From Octopus vulgaris (lineage: Eukaryota), in the NCBI GenBank assembly GCA_951406725.2, contig OX597814.1, positions 217,930,001 to 217,994,000 of the forward strand: 64,000 nt of DNA. The letters are read 5' to 3'. The notes beneath the pieces are model-generated. The model worked only from the letters and a program-made list of their open reading frames with translations, did no database searches and had not been told where the DNA came from. Positions 1-11,225 of this stretch are shown here, in pieces. Each line of letters begins with the position of its first letter. Positions within the stretch are counted from its first letter, which is position 1. Both the position numbers and the translations under genes were made by a program.

Positions 1-677
1 ATTGCTAACTTGTGGAGTTGAACAGCTGCTATTGCATGTAGGACAGATCCCCTATTGGCCGACTCCATCAATAACGATCATTCCACTGCCGTTGTTTGGC
101 TGCTAAGAAGGTGACTATGGTGAAAGAGGTTGTGTGGTGGGTGAGCCGAAAGCCTCTTCAGTTAAACCCTTATCAACTTTTTTTAAAGTTCCACTTGAAA
201 AGGAAGACTGAAAGATGGGTAAATGTAGTGGGAATGGTTCAAATGAGCAGGCCTCCTCTGAGCTTGCACTTGCAGCTAGAGAGAACAGATGGGAGAGGCG
301 CATGTCCCCGTGGTGTTCTAGGTGGTCAGGATGATCTAGGATCAGTAGAGTTTCTGGGTTGCATCTGAGTGGTACACTCCTCTAGTGGATGAATTTTGCC
401 GTTATCAATTTTCTCATTATTGCTTTATTGTATACATGTGTAAATAAATAGCTCCCCTGTCCTTTGTTTTCATATTGTTTTAAACATTAGTTTTTGGTCT
501 TTGAAGTCAACCAGGATGTGTGTGGTTCCTCAGTCATTATTATTTCTTTTATTTGCCACCAGGGCGATGGATGAGGGGGACTATAGAAAAAGAGACATAA
601 TGGGTGGGGTGCACATATAATGAAATAAAATTATTCGGCCCTTGTGGCCAGGACAAAAATCATTGTTATTCTTATTA

Positions 678-997
678 TTCAGTTCTATATTTAAGAGATG
701 AGGAATTTTGTACATTATTTACATTTGACGGATAATTGTCCTCATCTTGTTTGTTATTAACACATTTCAGCTGATATACCCTCCAGCCTTCATCAGGTGT
801 CTTGGGGAAATTTCAAACCTGGGTTTTCATTCCTAAGGTATTTTTTTATGTTGTTATTATTATTATAATTATTCAGGTCACTGCTTGGAATCGAACTCAG
901 AATCTTGGAGTTAGTAGCTACTAACTCCAAGATTCTGAGTTCGATTCCAAGCAGTGACATGAATAATAATAATAATAATTATTATTATTATTATTAC
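678..997. mobile_element. Fold-back tRNA-head/hammerhead element, copy 1 (right arm truncated)
   Basis: Matches copies at 7866-8378 and 48631-48950. Perfect loop-less palindrome at 877-958 (centre 917/918). Decayed HHR on the minus strand at 759-801. Confidence 0.85.
759..801 (-). ncRNA. Degenerate minimal type I hammerhead motif
   Basis: Minus strand reads GACAC CTGATGA A GGCTG-GAGGGTATAT-CAGCT GAAA T GTGTT. Helix III/cleavage triplet is shortened by 3 nt relative to the 48.7 kb copy. Confidence 0.55.
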
Positions 998-1004
998 AAT
1001 ATGA

Positions 1005-1650
1005 ATTGAGGGAACCTGTGGAAGAGGCAGACCCAGGAAAACCTGGGATGAGGTGGTGAAGCACGACCTTCGAACTTTAGGTCTCACTGAGGGAATGACT
1101 AGAGACCGAGTCCTCTGGAAGTGTGCTGTGCGCGAGAAGACCCGGCAGGACAAGTGAGTCCATAACCCGTGGCCTTCTACATGGGATGGAGCCAGCCTAC
1201 GTATGCATACCTTCCCTTCTTGGGACACAAAACTCTACTTGTGAAGACCTGTTGAGGCAAGTGAGGATCAGAATCGAAATCGATCAATGGAAATTGCAGA
1301 TGTGTTACCAGTGCCGGTGGCATGTAAGAGAACCTTCCGTTTCGCGACCGTTGCCAGCACCGCCCCGTTTCGTGTCCGTTGCCAGCCTCGCCTGGCCCTC
1401 GTGCCGGTGGCACATAAAAAGCACCATCCGTTCGTGGCTGTTTGCCAACTCTGTCTGGCACCTGTGCGGGTGGCACGTAAAAAGCACCCACTACACTCTC
1501 GGAGTGGTTGGCGTTAGGAAGGGCATCCAGCCGTAGAAACACTGCCAGATTTGACTGGGCCTGATGAAGCCTTCTGGCTTCACAGACCCCAGTAGAACCG
1601 TCCAACCCATGCTAGCATGGAAAACGGACGCTAAACGATGATGATGATGA
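1005..1650 (+). mobile_element. RTE-clade LINE 3' end (ORF C-terminus, 3' UTR with internal repeats, (ATG)n tail)
   Basis: Translates EGTCGRGRPRKTWDEVVKHDLRTLGL..., a typical RTE C-terminus. Same family as 59780-60671. Ends with the CCATGCTAGCATGG hairpin and (GAT)n. Confidence 0.9.
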
Positions 1651-2490
1651 ATGACTTTATGAAAAATGATTTTGATATCTGGTGTTTATCTTTTGTTTTC
1701 TAAAATAAATTCAAAAGTGTAAATAGAGTATTTTGTCTTTTCATTAAGTATTTTAATGTGAAAATAGAACAGCATAAAGTAGAAGTGGTCCCTAGAAAGT
1801 TTTTCAAGTAAAAAAATGGTCCCTGGGCTGAAAAAGGTTGGGAACCACTGATCTAATGTGGTTTAATATTGCCCCCCACCCAATATCTATAACTATCTCC
1901 CTCCCTGTATATAAAACAGTAAACTTTTCTCTTATAGCCACACACACACACACACACGCACACACACGTATGCACCTCACAGAGTCTTTCTCTCTTTCTC
2001 TCCTGGGCCCACATACAATAAAACCACTCTTTATTGGAAGTGGCAGAGTAAAGCTGCTACTTTCGATGGTTCTCCTATTACCATACAAGTCAGCCATTAC
2101 TAGTACAATTGACTGATAATGCTAGGTCAGATCTATTACCAAGTTTAACAACAACAACAACAACAACAACTACTACAACTACTACTATTACAAAAATTCC
2201 ATCACAATACACTGAACAAGATAAATATAAAGAGAAAAAGGAAGAAAAAAGGGATAAAAGTAAATAAAATGAAAGCACCAGAAAACAGAAAGTAACATGT
2301 GGAGTGGAGTGGAGTGGGTGGGAGGGTCATGATGTGGTGATGGTGATATTATACCCCATCCCCCTTTACACACACACACACACATACACCCAGCTAATAC
2401 CCAGGATCTGGGATAATATTTTCAGATGTTAACTTTGATATGAGAAATATACTAAGACAGATATGTGTGCATGAGAGTGTGTGAATGCAT

Positions 2491-2531
<41 letters not shown>

Positions 2532-2847
2532 TAGCTAATTATAAATAGAGGATAGATCAGTAATGAGATCCCAGATGTTTGGCCCATTGTAATGGGTGGG
2601 AGGGCAGGGGGGTGGGGTGTATGGGGGAGATTGCTTAACAACAAAAAGAAAACTAGTAGCTTAAAAGGCAATTGTATTTTGTTTCTGTTTCATTTTCTTT
2701 TTCCCCTCCTGGGGTGGGGGCAACTGGAAACAGGGCTCTCCACTAATTTTATTATTACTACTATTGCCTTTAATTCTAATTGCTTGGAAGGGTAAAAGTA
2801 ACAATGACTAATTACTTAGGTGGTTGCTTCACATACATACACACACA

Positions 2848-2903
<56 letters not shown>

Positions 2904-2919
2904 TGTGTGTGTCTCTCTC

Positions 2920-3260
2920 TCTCTCTTTTACTTGTTCCATTCAATAGACTGCAGTCATGCCAGGGCAATGTCTTGAAGGGTTTTAGTTAAACAGATTGTC
3001 CCCCAGTACTTATTTTTTAAAGTCTGGTACTCACTCTGCCAAACTTCTAAGTTACAAGGATGTAAACAAACCAACATTGGTTGTCAAGCAGTGGGGAAGG
3101 ACACGTATGCGTACACACGCACACACACATACATACACACACACATCGACGGCTTCCAGTTTCCGTCTACTGCCAAATTCACTCACATGGCATCGATCGG
3201 CCCACAGCTAGAGTAGAAGATGCCTGCCCAAGGTGCTGCACAGTAACACTAAGCTTGGAA
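2920..3260 (-). mobile_element. Decayed tRNA-derived SINE, family A
   Basis: Diverged reverse-complement match to the family A body and tail. Confidence 0.75.
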
Positions 3261-3699
3261 ATTACCTGTCTGTTATGGAAGGCTGTGCTATCACCTTCAA
3301 AAGTTAAGTTGTTTATATCTTAATTACAATACTTGAAATGCAAAGTTGACCAGAGAACTCAGAATGTAAGGATACATAAGGAAATACCGTAAAGTATTTT
3401 ATTCAAGTCTATTATAATCATTTTAACATCGGCTTTTCCATGCTTACACGTATCAGATGTAATGTCACTGTGATATTCTCAACAAATGCGACTGAATTTT
3501 TTTATTCTCTCTGTACTCACAAAAATGAAAGAAATTAACCTGACAGTATCCTCCGAGATGGTCATGACATTGAGGAGAGCAGAGTGACATAGGAGACAAC
3601 AGTAAGAGTAGGAAACCAGGTGAGTTTATGAAACAGTTGCTAAAATAGAAGCACAGGGGTTACCCAATCCGTTCCAAAGGTGAAATCAATATTCACTTC

Positions 3700-4795
3700 A
3701 GAACCACCTTCAGTGGTGACTCCAGGAACCAAAACCAAGCATACTTCAATTCCTTGATTGTGCATATGCATCAATTCTAGGATTTAATGGGAAGGAGCAC
3801 AGCTGGAAATAAAATTAAGGTGGTAAAGAAGGCAAGGGTAGGTTCAGCCCCAAGACCAAGTGGTGTACCTTTTAAGAACTACCCAAGGGTGCTCTACAAA
3901 TTCTGGTGGATCCAGAGGGTTATTTCAAAGAGAGAAAAAATGGCTTAGCATTGGAGGTATATAAGAACATGGATTCCAAAGATTGGAAAGGTCAAAAACC
4001 ATCAGGTAGTTTAGAATAATTTCATTACTTTGTATTGTGACAAAGGTATCTTCCAGCATTGTTGCTAGGCTCTTAACAGATTAGCTTCTGAGAAATCCCT
4101 ACATTGATACCTTAGTTTAGAAAGATGTTAAGAAGGTGCTAGTATGTCTGAAGCACTACCTACAACCTCAGAGTGGCACAAGCTCTGAGAAGAACAATGT
4201 CCCTTAATATGCCATTTCAGTGACCCTTTCCATACTTGCAGGGAACATGCTAATAAAGTCAGCTGAAGTGCACTGAAGAGGGTCATTCATTTTGTCTGGG
4301 GTTTTGGTCCAACGTTATTAGAGCCTTTATAAATGACCTAACTGTAACAAGTGCAGTCGTGAAGGACAGGAGAATCCTGCCAAGTTCAGATTTCTTGTGC
4401 AGAAGAAAGGTAGGTTAAGTTTGGTTCCTTAGCTGGTTGCCTAGATACCATCTATCACTGAGAAACCTGTGAAAAACTTGAGAAAAGTGTTTAATTGCAG
4501 TCTGAAAGGCAACATCCATCCATGAAACTAATCCCAAATTGGAAACTTGAATATCCATAATGGACAAGTCAAGTCTACCTGTCATGTTTCATGCCTGGAC
4601 TTAGCAGCAAAGCATTCTCCCATGGATTCTTTGTTCACCCTTAGTGTATGAAGTCCCAATAACCACACTAGAAGGCTTGCAGAAGAGAGTCAGCAGGTTC
4701 CTATAGAAATACCTGAGCAGCATTGCCCTGTATAGAAAGAATAACAAACTGAAGCTCCCATCAGCAACCTGCAAGAAGAATTTGTGATGACTTGT
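3700..4795 (+). mobile_element. Decayed non-LTR retrotransposon RT fragment, HERO/R2-superfamily-like
   Basis: Broken translation VVKKARVGSAPRPSGVP...WIPK...FRIISLL...SIVARLLTD*LLRNPYIDT...EKPVK.L.KVFNCSLK...VYEVPITTLEGL...SSIALY...KLKLP. Resembles HERO-clade RT, with many stops and frameshifts. Confidence 0.75.
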
Positions 4796-4805
4796 ACTGG
4801 GGAGA

Positions 4806-5040
4806 GTTTAACGTCCGTTTTCCATGCTGGCATGGGTTGGACGGTTCAACTGGAGTCTAGGAAGCCAGGAGGCAGCACCAAGCTCCAATCTGATCTGTCA
4901 GTGTTTCTACAGCTGGATGCCCTTCCTAACACCAACCACTCCTAGAGTGTAGTGGGTGCTTTTTACATTCCACTGGCACAGGGGCCAGAGGGGGGGTGGC
5001 ATTGACCATGTTTGGATGGTGCCATTGGTACAGGAGCCAG
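4806..5040 (-). mobile_element. RTE 3' UTR fragment
   Basis: TTTAACGTCCGTTTTCCATGCTGGCATGGGTTGGACGG...CTGGATGCCCTTCCTAAC motif shared with the other copies. Confidence 0.8.
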
Positions 5041-5136
5041 AGGACAGAAATAGAAAAAGATCACAAATTCATTTATTTTTATATTGAAATTTTTCAGATA
5101 GGAAAAGTAAACTTCAATAATTTAGAATTTTATGTA

Positions 5137-5553
5137 TCCCGTTGCCAGCCTCGCCTGGCCCCCGTGCCGGTGACTCGTAAAAGCACCATCCGTTCGTGGC
5201 CGTTTGCCAGCTCTGTCTGGCCCCCGTGTCAGTGGCACGTAAAAGCACCATCCGTTCGTGTCCGTTGCCAGCATCGCCTGGCCCCGTGCCGGTGACACGT
5301 AAAAGCACCATCCGTCCGTGGCCGTTCGCCAGCTCCGTCTGGCACCTGTGCGAGTGGCACGTAAAAAGCACCCACTACACTCACGGAGTGGTTGGCGTTA
5401 GGAAGGGCATCCAGCCGTAGAAACACTGCCAGATCAGACTGGGCCTGACGAAGCCTTCCAGCTTCAGAGACCCCAGTTGAACCATCCAACCCATGCTAGC
5501 ATGGAAAGCGGACGCTAAATGATGATGATGATGATGATGATGATAATGATGAT
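5137..5553 (+). mobile_element. RTE 3' UTR fragment with about 4 internal ~55-65 bp repeat units
   Basis: Repeated GTAAAAGCACCATCCGTTCGTG units, terminal hairpin and (GAT)n tail. Confidence 0.85.
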
Positions 5554-5889
5554 GCATCACAAAAAAGTAATCTTTATGTGAGTTTACATCATAAACTAGC
5601 TTTGATTTCAGTTCAAAGTCAGTTTACCAGATACACAAATATAAAGATTTTTTATTTTACCCTTATCTTGACTTACATATTGACATTTTTTTTATTACAT
5701 GTCATCCAATTGACTAAATAAATATTTTGCATGATTAAGCAAGTAATTTAAATTACATTTAAGAATCAAAAATGTCTGCATGTATGTGTGTATGTATTTG
5801 TGTATGTATTTGTGTGTGTGTGTGTGTATGTGTGTGTATTTGTGCGTGTGTGTGTGTATGTGTATGTATTTGTGTGTGTGTGTGTGTGT

Positions 5890-6360
5890 ATCATCATCAT
5901 GATGACTGCTTTCCATGCTGGAATGTGTTGGACACTGACAGGATCTGGCAAGCCACACGGCTGCATTGAACCCCAATGTCAGCTTTGGCACAGTTTCTAT
6001 GGCTGGATGTCCTTCCAAACACCGACCACTCTGCAGTGTGCACTGGGTGCCTTTTTCCATGTCACTGGCACTAGTGAGGCTGCTAACTTGCAAGCCAGAA
6101 AAGAGACAGGTTAAAAAACACAGAAAAGGGAGAAAAAGAACAAACCCCCTCCCACTAAGTAGGGAGTATTTGAAAGGAAAAGGTGGCTTTATGCCAGGTA
6201 ACGAAGAAAGGCTGAAGAATGAGAGAGAGGCAAGCACGTGCGTGTTGCTACAGAGGAAATACATGGCTACCCCCACATTGTGGGGGGGGGGGAGTGGTTG
6301 GGAAAGAAATAAAAAGAAGTCAGTGATGATGAAGTACCAGAGCTAAGTCTCAAGGTAGAA
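5890..6360 (-). mobile_element. Diverged RTE-tailed repeat
   Basis: (CAT)n followed by a decayed TTTCCATGCTGG...GGATG.CCTTCC motif, continuing into a different body. Confidence 0.55.
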
Positions 6361-6372
6361 GAGGGTGAGGGT

Positions 6373-6474
6373 GAGAGGAGGATAGGAGAGTGGGTCGTGG
6401 GAAGAGAGGAGGATAGAAGAGTGGGTCCTGGGAAGAGAGGAGGATAGAAGAGTGGGTCGTGGGAAGAGAGGAGA
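6373..6474. repeat. 31-bp purine-rich minisatellite, about 3.3 units
   Basis: Unit GAGAGGAGGATAGAAGAGTGGGTCGTGGGAA starts at 6373, 6404 and 6435. Confidence 0.9.
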
Positions 6475-7042
6475 GAGAGTGAATACTGGGGAATAACAGA
6501 TAGGGGTACTTTGAAGAAATTTGTCTCACTATAAAATCAACAATATCAGTCCAATTTCTGCATGCAAATTAGATATACATAGAATGAACTTTAAGCTTTG
6601 ATACAGTAATCTTAAGGTTGCTGAGCAAATATGCTACAAGTTAGCCAACACTCACCAAATGAAACTGTCTGCCTGTTTAGCATCATTGTACCCTTTGTCT
6701 TGGGTGTATGTACGTGTGCTATGTGTGGGTGCATGCAAGCATGCTTATCAGCAACTCAGACATAATTCTCTACATTCATTTGCTAAAGGGTAAGGTGTCA
6801 TAGAGAACAGGATTTAGTTAAAACCCATTAGGGACAACATTCAATGAAGGTCAAATTGCATCACTCTCAAACAATTACAAATAGCTGATGCATTTTGAAA
6901 CAAGAGCACTTCTTAACAACATAAAGAGATAGGCAACTGTTTACAATAGTATCATCCATCAAGGATAATTATCCTTATTGTCTTAAAACAAAAGGTGGGG
7001 GAAAGAAAACCAAGACAAGGGAAAGAGAATTGAAGCACTCAC

Positions 7043-7111
7043 GTCTTCCTCGGGGGCATTAAATACAATTGGGACTTGAAATGAATTGCAGACTTGACTT
7101 GATGGAAGCAT
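7043..7111 (-). CDS. Possible short coding exon, MLPSSQVCNSFQVPIVFNAPEED (unknown gene)
   Basis: Non-repetitive sequence. ATG-led 23-codon frame ends exactly at a consensus donor GAC|GTGAGT. No homology recognised. Confidence 0.22.
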
Positions 7112-7865
7112 ACCTACTCTAAGGCACTTTCCAGATATATGTACACAGGTTATTTAAAACATAAAGACACCGAGTCATGAAGAATTTGAAATAGCAATAT
7201 CTCTGGCTTTATTAATAAGCCCAAAGTCCTTATAGGAAATATACTCTTAGTAAAACATCTCTCTCTCTCTCACACACACACACATTATCATCATCATAAT
7301 TTAATGCCCATTTTCTATGCTGGCATGGTTTCTGTGGTTGGATGCCCTTCCTAATGCTAACCACTTTACAGAGTGTACTGGGTACTTTTTATGTGGTACC
7401 AGCACCACTGTTTTTTTTTGTTTTTTTTGTGGTACAATTCCACTTGTCACAGTGATGTTCCACTGACATGCAGAGTGCACTGGGAAGACTTTCTAGAGAG
7501 GACCAATGTCTTGGTTTCCGCAATACCAATTCTCATCCCTGCTCTTTGCAGCAATCCACAGCAAACCCATTAATTCTATGCTGGAGGTACCTCCTAATGA
7601 GCCAAGTTCAGGACAGAAGCCATACTGTTCTTCAGCTAGCTTGGGGTCAAAGAAATGTCTTTTGATTTTTCTAAGGACTTTAATAAAAGAAGAGCAGTTA
7701 ATTAAGAGGAATAATTGAAATATATATAGAATGGGGGGAGGGGGTAGAATACAGTAATCCCTCGACTATTGCGGGTGTTATGTTCCAAAACCCCTTACGA
7801 TAGATGAAAATTTGTGAAGTAGAAACAGTACTGTACTGTATATTTTTTTATTACTTTTATAATTT

Positions 7866-8378
7866 ATTTCTATATTTAAGAGATGAGGAATTATGTACAT
7901 TATTTACATTTGATGGATATTTGTCCTCATCTTGTTTGTTGTTAACACGTTTTGGTAGATATACCCTCCAGCCTTCATCAGCTGTCTTGGGGAAATTTTG
8001 AACCTGGGTTCTCATTCCTAAGGTATTTTTCTGATGTTGTTATTATTATTATTATTATTATTATTAAAGTCACTGCCGGGAATTGAACTTGGAATCTTGG
8101 GGTTAGTTGCCCATGTTCTTAACCACTATGCCATATGCCTGTGGGCATATGGCATAGTGGTTAAGAACATGGGCAACTAACCCCAAGATTCTGAGTTCGA
8201 TTTCAGGCAGTGACCTTGATAATAATAATAACAACATTAAAAAAACCTTAGGAATGAGAACCCAGGTTCAAAATTTCCCCAAGGCACCTGATGAAGGCTG
8301 GAGGGTATATCTGCCAAAATGCTGTGTTAACAACAAACAAGATGAGGACAAATATCCATCAAATGTAAATAATGTACT
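7866..8378. mobile_element. Fold-back tRNA-head/hammerhead element, copy 2 (both arms)
   Basis: Inverted arms of about 240 bp centred at 8141/8142. Each arm has A-box TGGCATAGTGG, a B-box-like motif (GAGTTCGATTTC in the right arm), (AAT)n and an HHR-like motif. Flanked by direct repeat TACTTTTATAATTT (7852-7865, 8375-8388). Confidence 0.9.
8283..8328 (+). ncRNA. Degenerate minimal type I hammerhead motif (G12A); mirror copy on minus strand at 7944-7986
   Basis: GGCAC CTGATGA A GGCTG-GAGGGTATAT-CTGCC AAAA TGCT GTGTT. The GAAA box is changed to AAAA, consistent with CpG decay. Confidence 0.55.
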
Positions 8379-8940
8379 TTTATAATTTGTATATATTTAT
8401 TTTATTATAAATGCAAAACATCATCACAGAGGAATCTATATAAGCATAAATGATAAACCGCAATTGGTGAACCATAGTATGGCAAGGAATTACCATATAT
8501 CCAAAATACTATCAGCAGGAGAAGAAATTTGGTTCAATGTTTACCATTAAATACATATTAATTTAGATGATACCAGTTTATAATTTATAAACATTAAGAG
8601 AAGCACAATAACAGTGAAGCTAAGGTGATAGATCACAGAAATTACAGAATCAAGAAGAAAATATAAAACATCAAACACAAAAAAACAAAAATTTGAAGCA
8701 GATATTAAACAAATATAGATAAATAAAGAATACTATAAAGCCCCTTAAATAAAATAAGCAAATACTGTTATTTAGACAGAAGTATGGCTGTGTGGTTGAA
8801 AATTTAGTTTCCCAAGCATGTGGTTTTGGGTTCAGCTCTCAGTGCAACACCTTGGGTGAGTGTCAAGTATAACTGCAAGATAGTTCAGCCATTATATATG
8901 AGGAGCATTAGCACAATTCTTAAGAACAATTGGAAATGAA

Positions 8941-9320
8941 AACCACATGGTTCCGGGTTCAGTCCCACTGCGTGGCATCTTGGGCAAGTGTCTTCTGCTA
9001 TAGCCCCGGGCCGACCAATGCCTTGTGAGTGGATTTAGTAGACGGAAACTGAAAGAAGCCTGTCGTATATATGTATATATATATATGTATGTGTGTGTGT
9101 TTGTGTCCGTGTTTGTTCCCCTAGCATTGCTTGACAACCGATGCTGGTGTGTTTACGTCCCCGTCACTTAGCGGTTCGGCAAAAAGAAACCGATAGAATA
9201 AGTACTGGGCTTACAAAGAATAAGTCCCGGGTCAAGTTGCTCGACTAAAGGCGGTGCTCCAGCATGGCCGCAGTCAAATGACTGAAACAAGTAAAAGAGT
9301 AAAAGAGAGAGAGTAAAGAG
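8941..9320 (+). mobile_element. tRNA-derived SINE family A (5'-truncated)
   Basis: B-box-like GGTTCAGTCC, internal (TA)/(TG) tract, GTAAAAGA-repeat tail. Many copies in the window. Confidence 0.9.
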
Positions 9321-9600
9321 TATGTGTTAACAGTATTCAATTAAGTTTATTTCATCAGCTAAAGGTTGACTAATTAAAGAAAGAAAGTAAATGAGCAAAC
9401 GTAAGTTCATCTATGAAAACTGAAATGGTTTTGAGTGAAGTACTTATTTCCTTCTGGCGCTGCTCTTTCCTAAAGAACTGAAGCAATTGCCTGTTATTAA
9501 CAGCATTTCTATATATTTCATCTTCATCACTGTTGGCTCCATGTTCACCAATGTGATGGAGAGAATTTCAAGCTGAAGAAAAATTCCGAAACTACACAAG

Positions 9601-9642
<42 letters not shown>

Positions 9643-10149
9643 AAGAGACCACTTACTGTACTACTCACATGCTAAGTAGGCAGAACCAAAATTTGAACAA
9701 CAGACATTTGCTTCAAATTTGAGTGATAAGCAAATGAGCTAACAGCTTGTATTGTCAGACTAATTGACTCTATGGAACTAAGTCATGCTGATAAAAGAAA
9801 AACAAAATATTACTTCAACCAAAGAAATAGTTCAGAAAGTAATAAGATTAAAAATAGAAAAAAAACCAAAAAACACTTTAAAATTGTCCCAGATCTACGG
9901 AAGTATCAAAACCGTATGTGTGTGTATGTGTATTTTTCTTTGTCTCACACACACACACACACACACACTGAATATGTTGATTACTTCTAATAAATTTCCA
10001 ACTGTTTCAATCTTTAACATCAGTTTCATGGAGGTTGCTAACTTAGCGTTATTTTCAAGGACTTTGCACAGTAATATTCCTCAAAATGATGTGTTATCTA
10101 ATATGGAAAGACTACTAATAAACCATGGGGAATAAGTGTCAATCACTTT

Positions 10150-10590
10150 AAGTGGAGGGAAGCTGTATAAGAGGGAGATCTAGGAAGACATGGGACAAAG
10201 TACTGAAGGCCAGTCTCAAAATGCTGAGGCTTACGAAGGAGATGACAAAGGAGCAAGAAAATTGAACCCCTTGCTGTACCTGAGAAGACCCATGTATCCT
10301 AAAACCAAGGTGATATGTAAAAAGGATTGGTGTGGGTGCTGGTGCCATGTAAAAAGCACTGGTGTTGGTGCCATGTAAAAAATACTGGTGGCGATACCAC
10401 ATAAAAAGCACCCAGTACACTCTGTGGAGTGGTTGGCATTAGGAAGGACATCCAGCCATAGAAACCAAACCAAAACAGTCTATGGAACCTGGTGCCAACC
10501 CTGGCTTTGTCCATCCCTGTCAAGCCGTCCAACCTATGCCAACCAACACGGAGAACAGACATTGAATGTTGATGATGATGGCGATGATTA
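10150..10590 (+). mobile_element. Decayed RTE 3' end
   Basis: VEGSCIRGRSRKTWDKVLK remnant, GTAAAAAGCAC repeats and (GAT)n tail. Confidence 0.75.
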
Positions 10591-10845
10591 AATGGTGAAT
10601 AATTTTCTTTAAATCTGCGATAGTATACACACATAATTAAAATATTCAAAAACCAATTTTGAATAAAACACTGTAAATGTACTGAAATCAAATAATAAAG
10701 TATGAATAAAATGTATTAGCAAATATGCTGAGCAAAGGAATGATTTGATGTGAATAGTTTAAGATGAGTTTGTTTCAAATTTAAACATTGATGAAACAGA
10801 AATTAAGAGAATTTTCAGATTTCCTTAATTAATCAATGGCACATA

Positions 10846-11225
10846 CACTTGCGTCAGAAATTAATTAGCACTTCTCAAATTTCTACATTAAATAGGTTAA
10901 ATCAATTAACCTATGAGCTGTTCAAAACATCTTACGCGATGAGAAAACTTAGTATGGTGTGATTTCGGTCCTTGCGAGGCGCTACCTATATCTATTAAAC
11001 AAAGGAAGATTTGTCTGCATCCGCACTCCAAGTTGTTGTTGCACTGCTATGTCAACATCATAAGGCTGTAGACTCTCAAACTGCTCTGCAAACAAAGTTA
11101 CGTCATCGTTCTGCGCAACAGTGAACTCGCAACAAAGCAATAGTTCGAGATATGGCCACTAGGTGACAGCACATACCTTGAGTGAAGAGCAAATCAAGGG
11201 TGCTAATTAATTTCTGACGGTAGTG
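10846..11225. mobile_element. Tc1/mariner-type MITE
   Basis: TIRs of about 25 bp (CACTTGCGTCAGAAATTAATTAGCAC / GTGCTAATTAATTTCTGACGGTAGTG), each flanked by TA. Confidence 0.85.

Larger units (their letters stand above)
7752..8495. mobile_element. Tigger/pogo-like MITE interrupted by the fold-back element
   Basis: Left end TA-CAGTAATCCCTCG and decayed right end AAGGAATTACCA-TA. Confidence 0.6.

Noticed and set aside
1-370. ORFs at the window start
   Set aside because: No recognisable product. Possibly a decayed retroelement, but the motifs are insufficient to call.
1561-1590. CTGATGA plus hairpin in the RTE 3' UTR (also CTGACGA at about 5445)
   Set aside because: No GAAA after the stem, and other copies read CTGGTGC, so it is not a hammerhead.
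5137-5370. CRISPR-like repeat/spacer look of the GTAAAAGCACC units
   Set aside because: The spacers are homologous to each other, the context is a eukaryotic LINE UTR, and there are no cas genes.
8144-8217. Genuine tRNA gene
   Set aside because: The acceptor stem is poor, there is no downstream T-run terminator, and it is part of a dispersed repeat. The same applies to the SINE heads.
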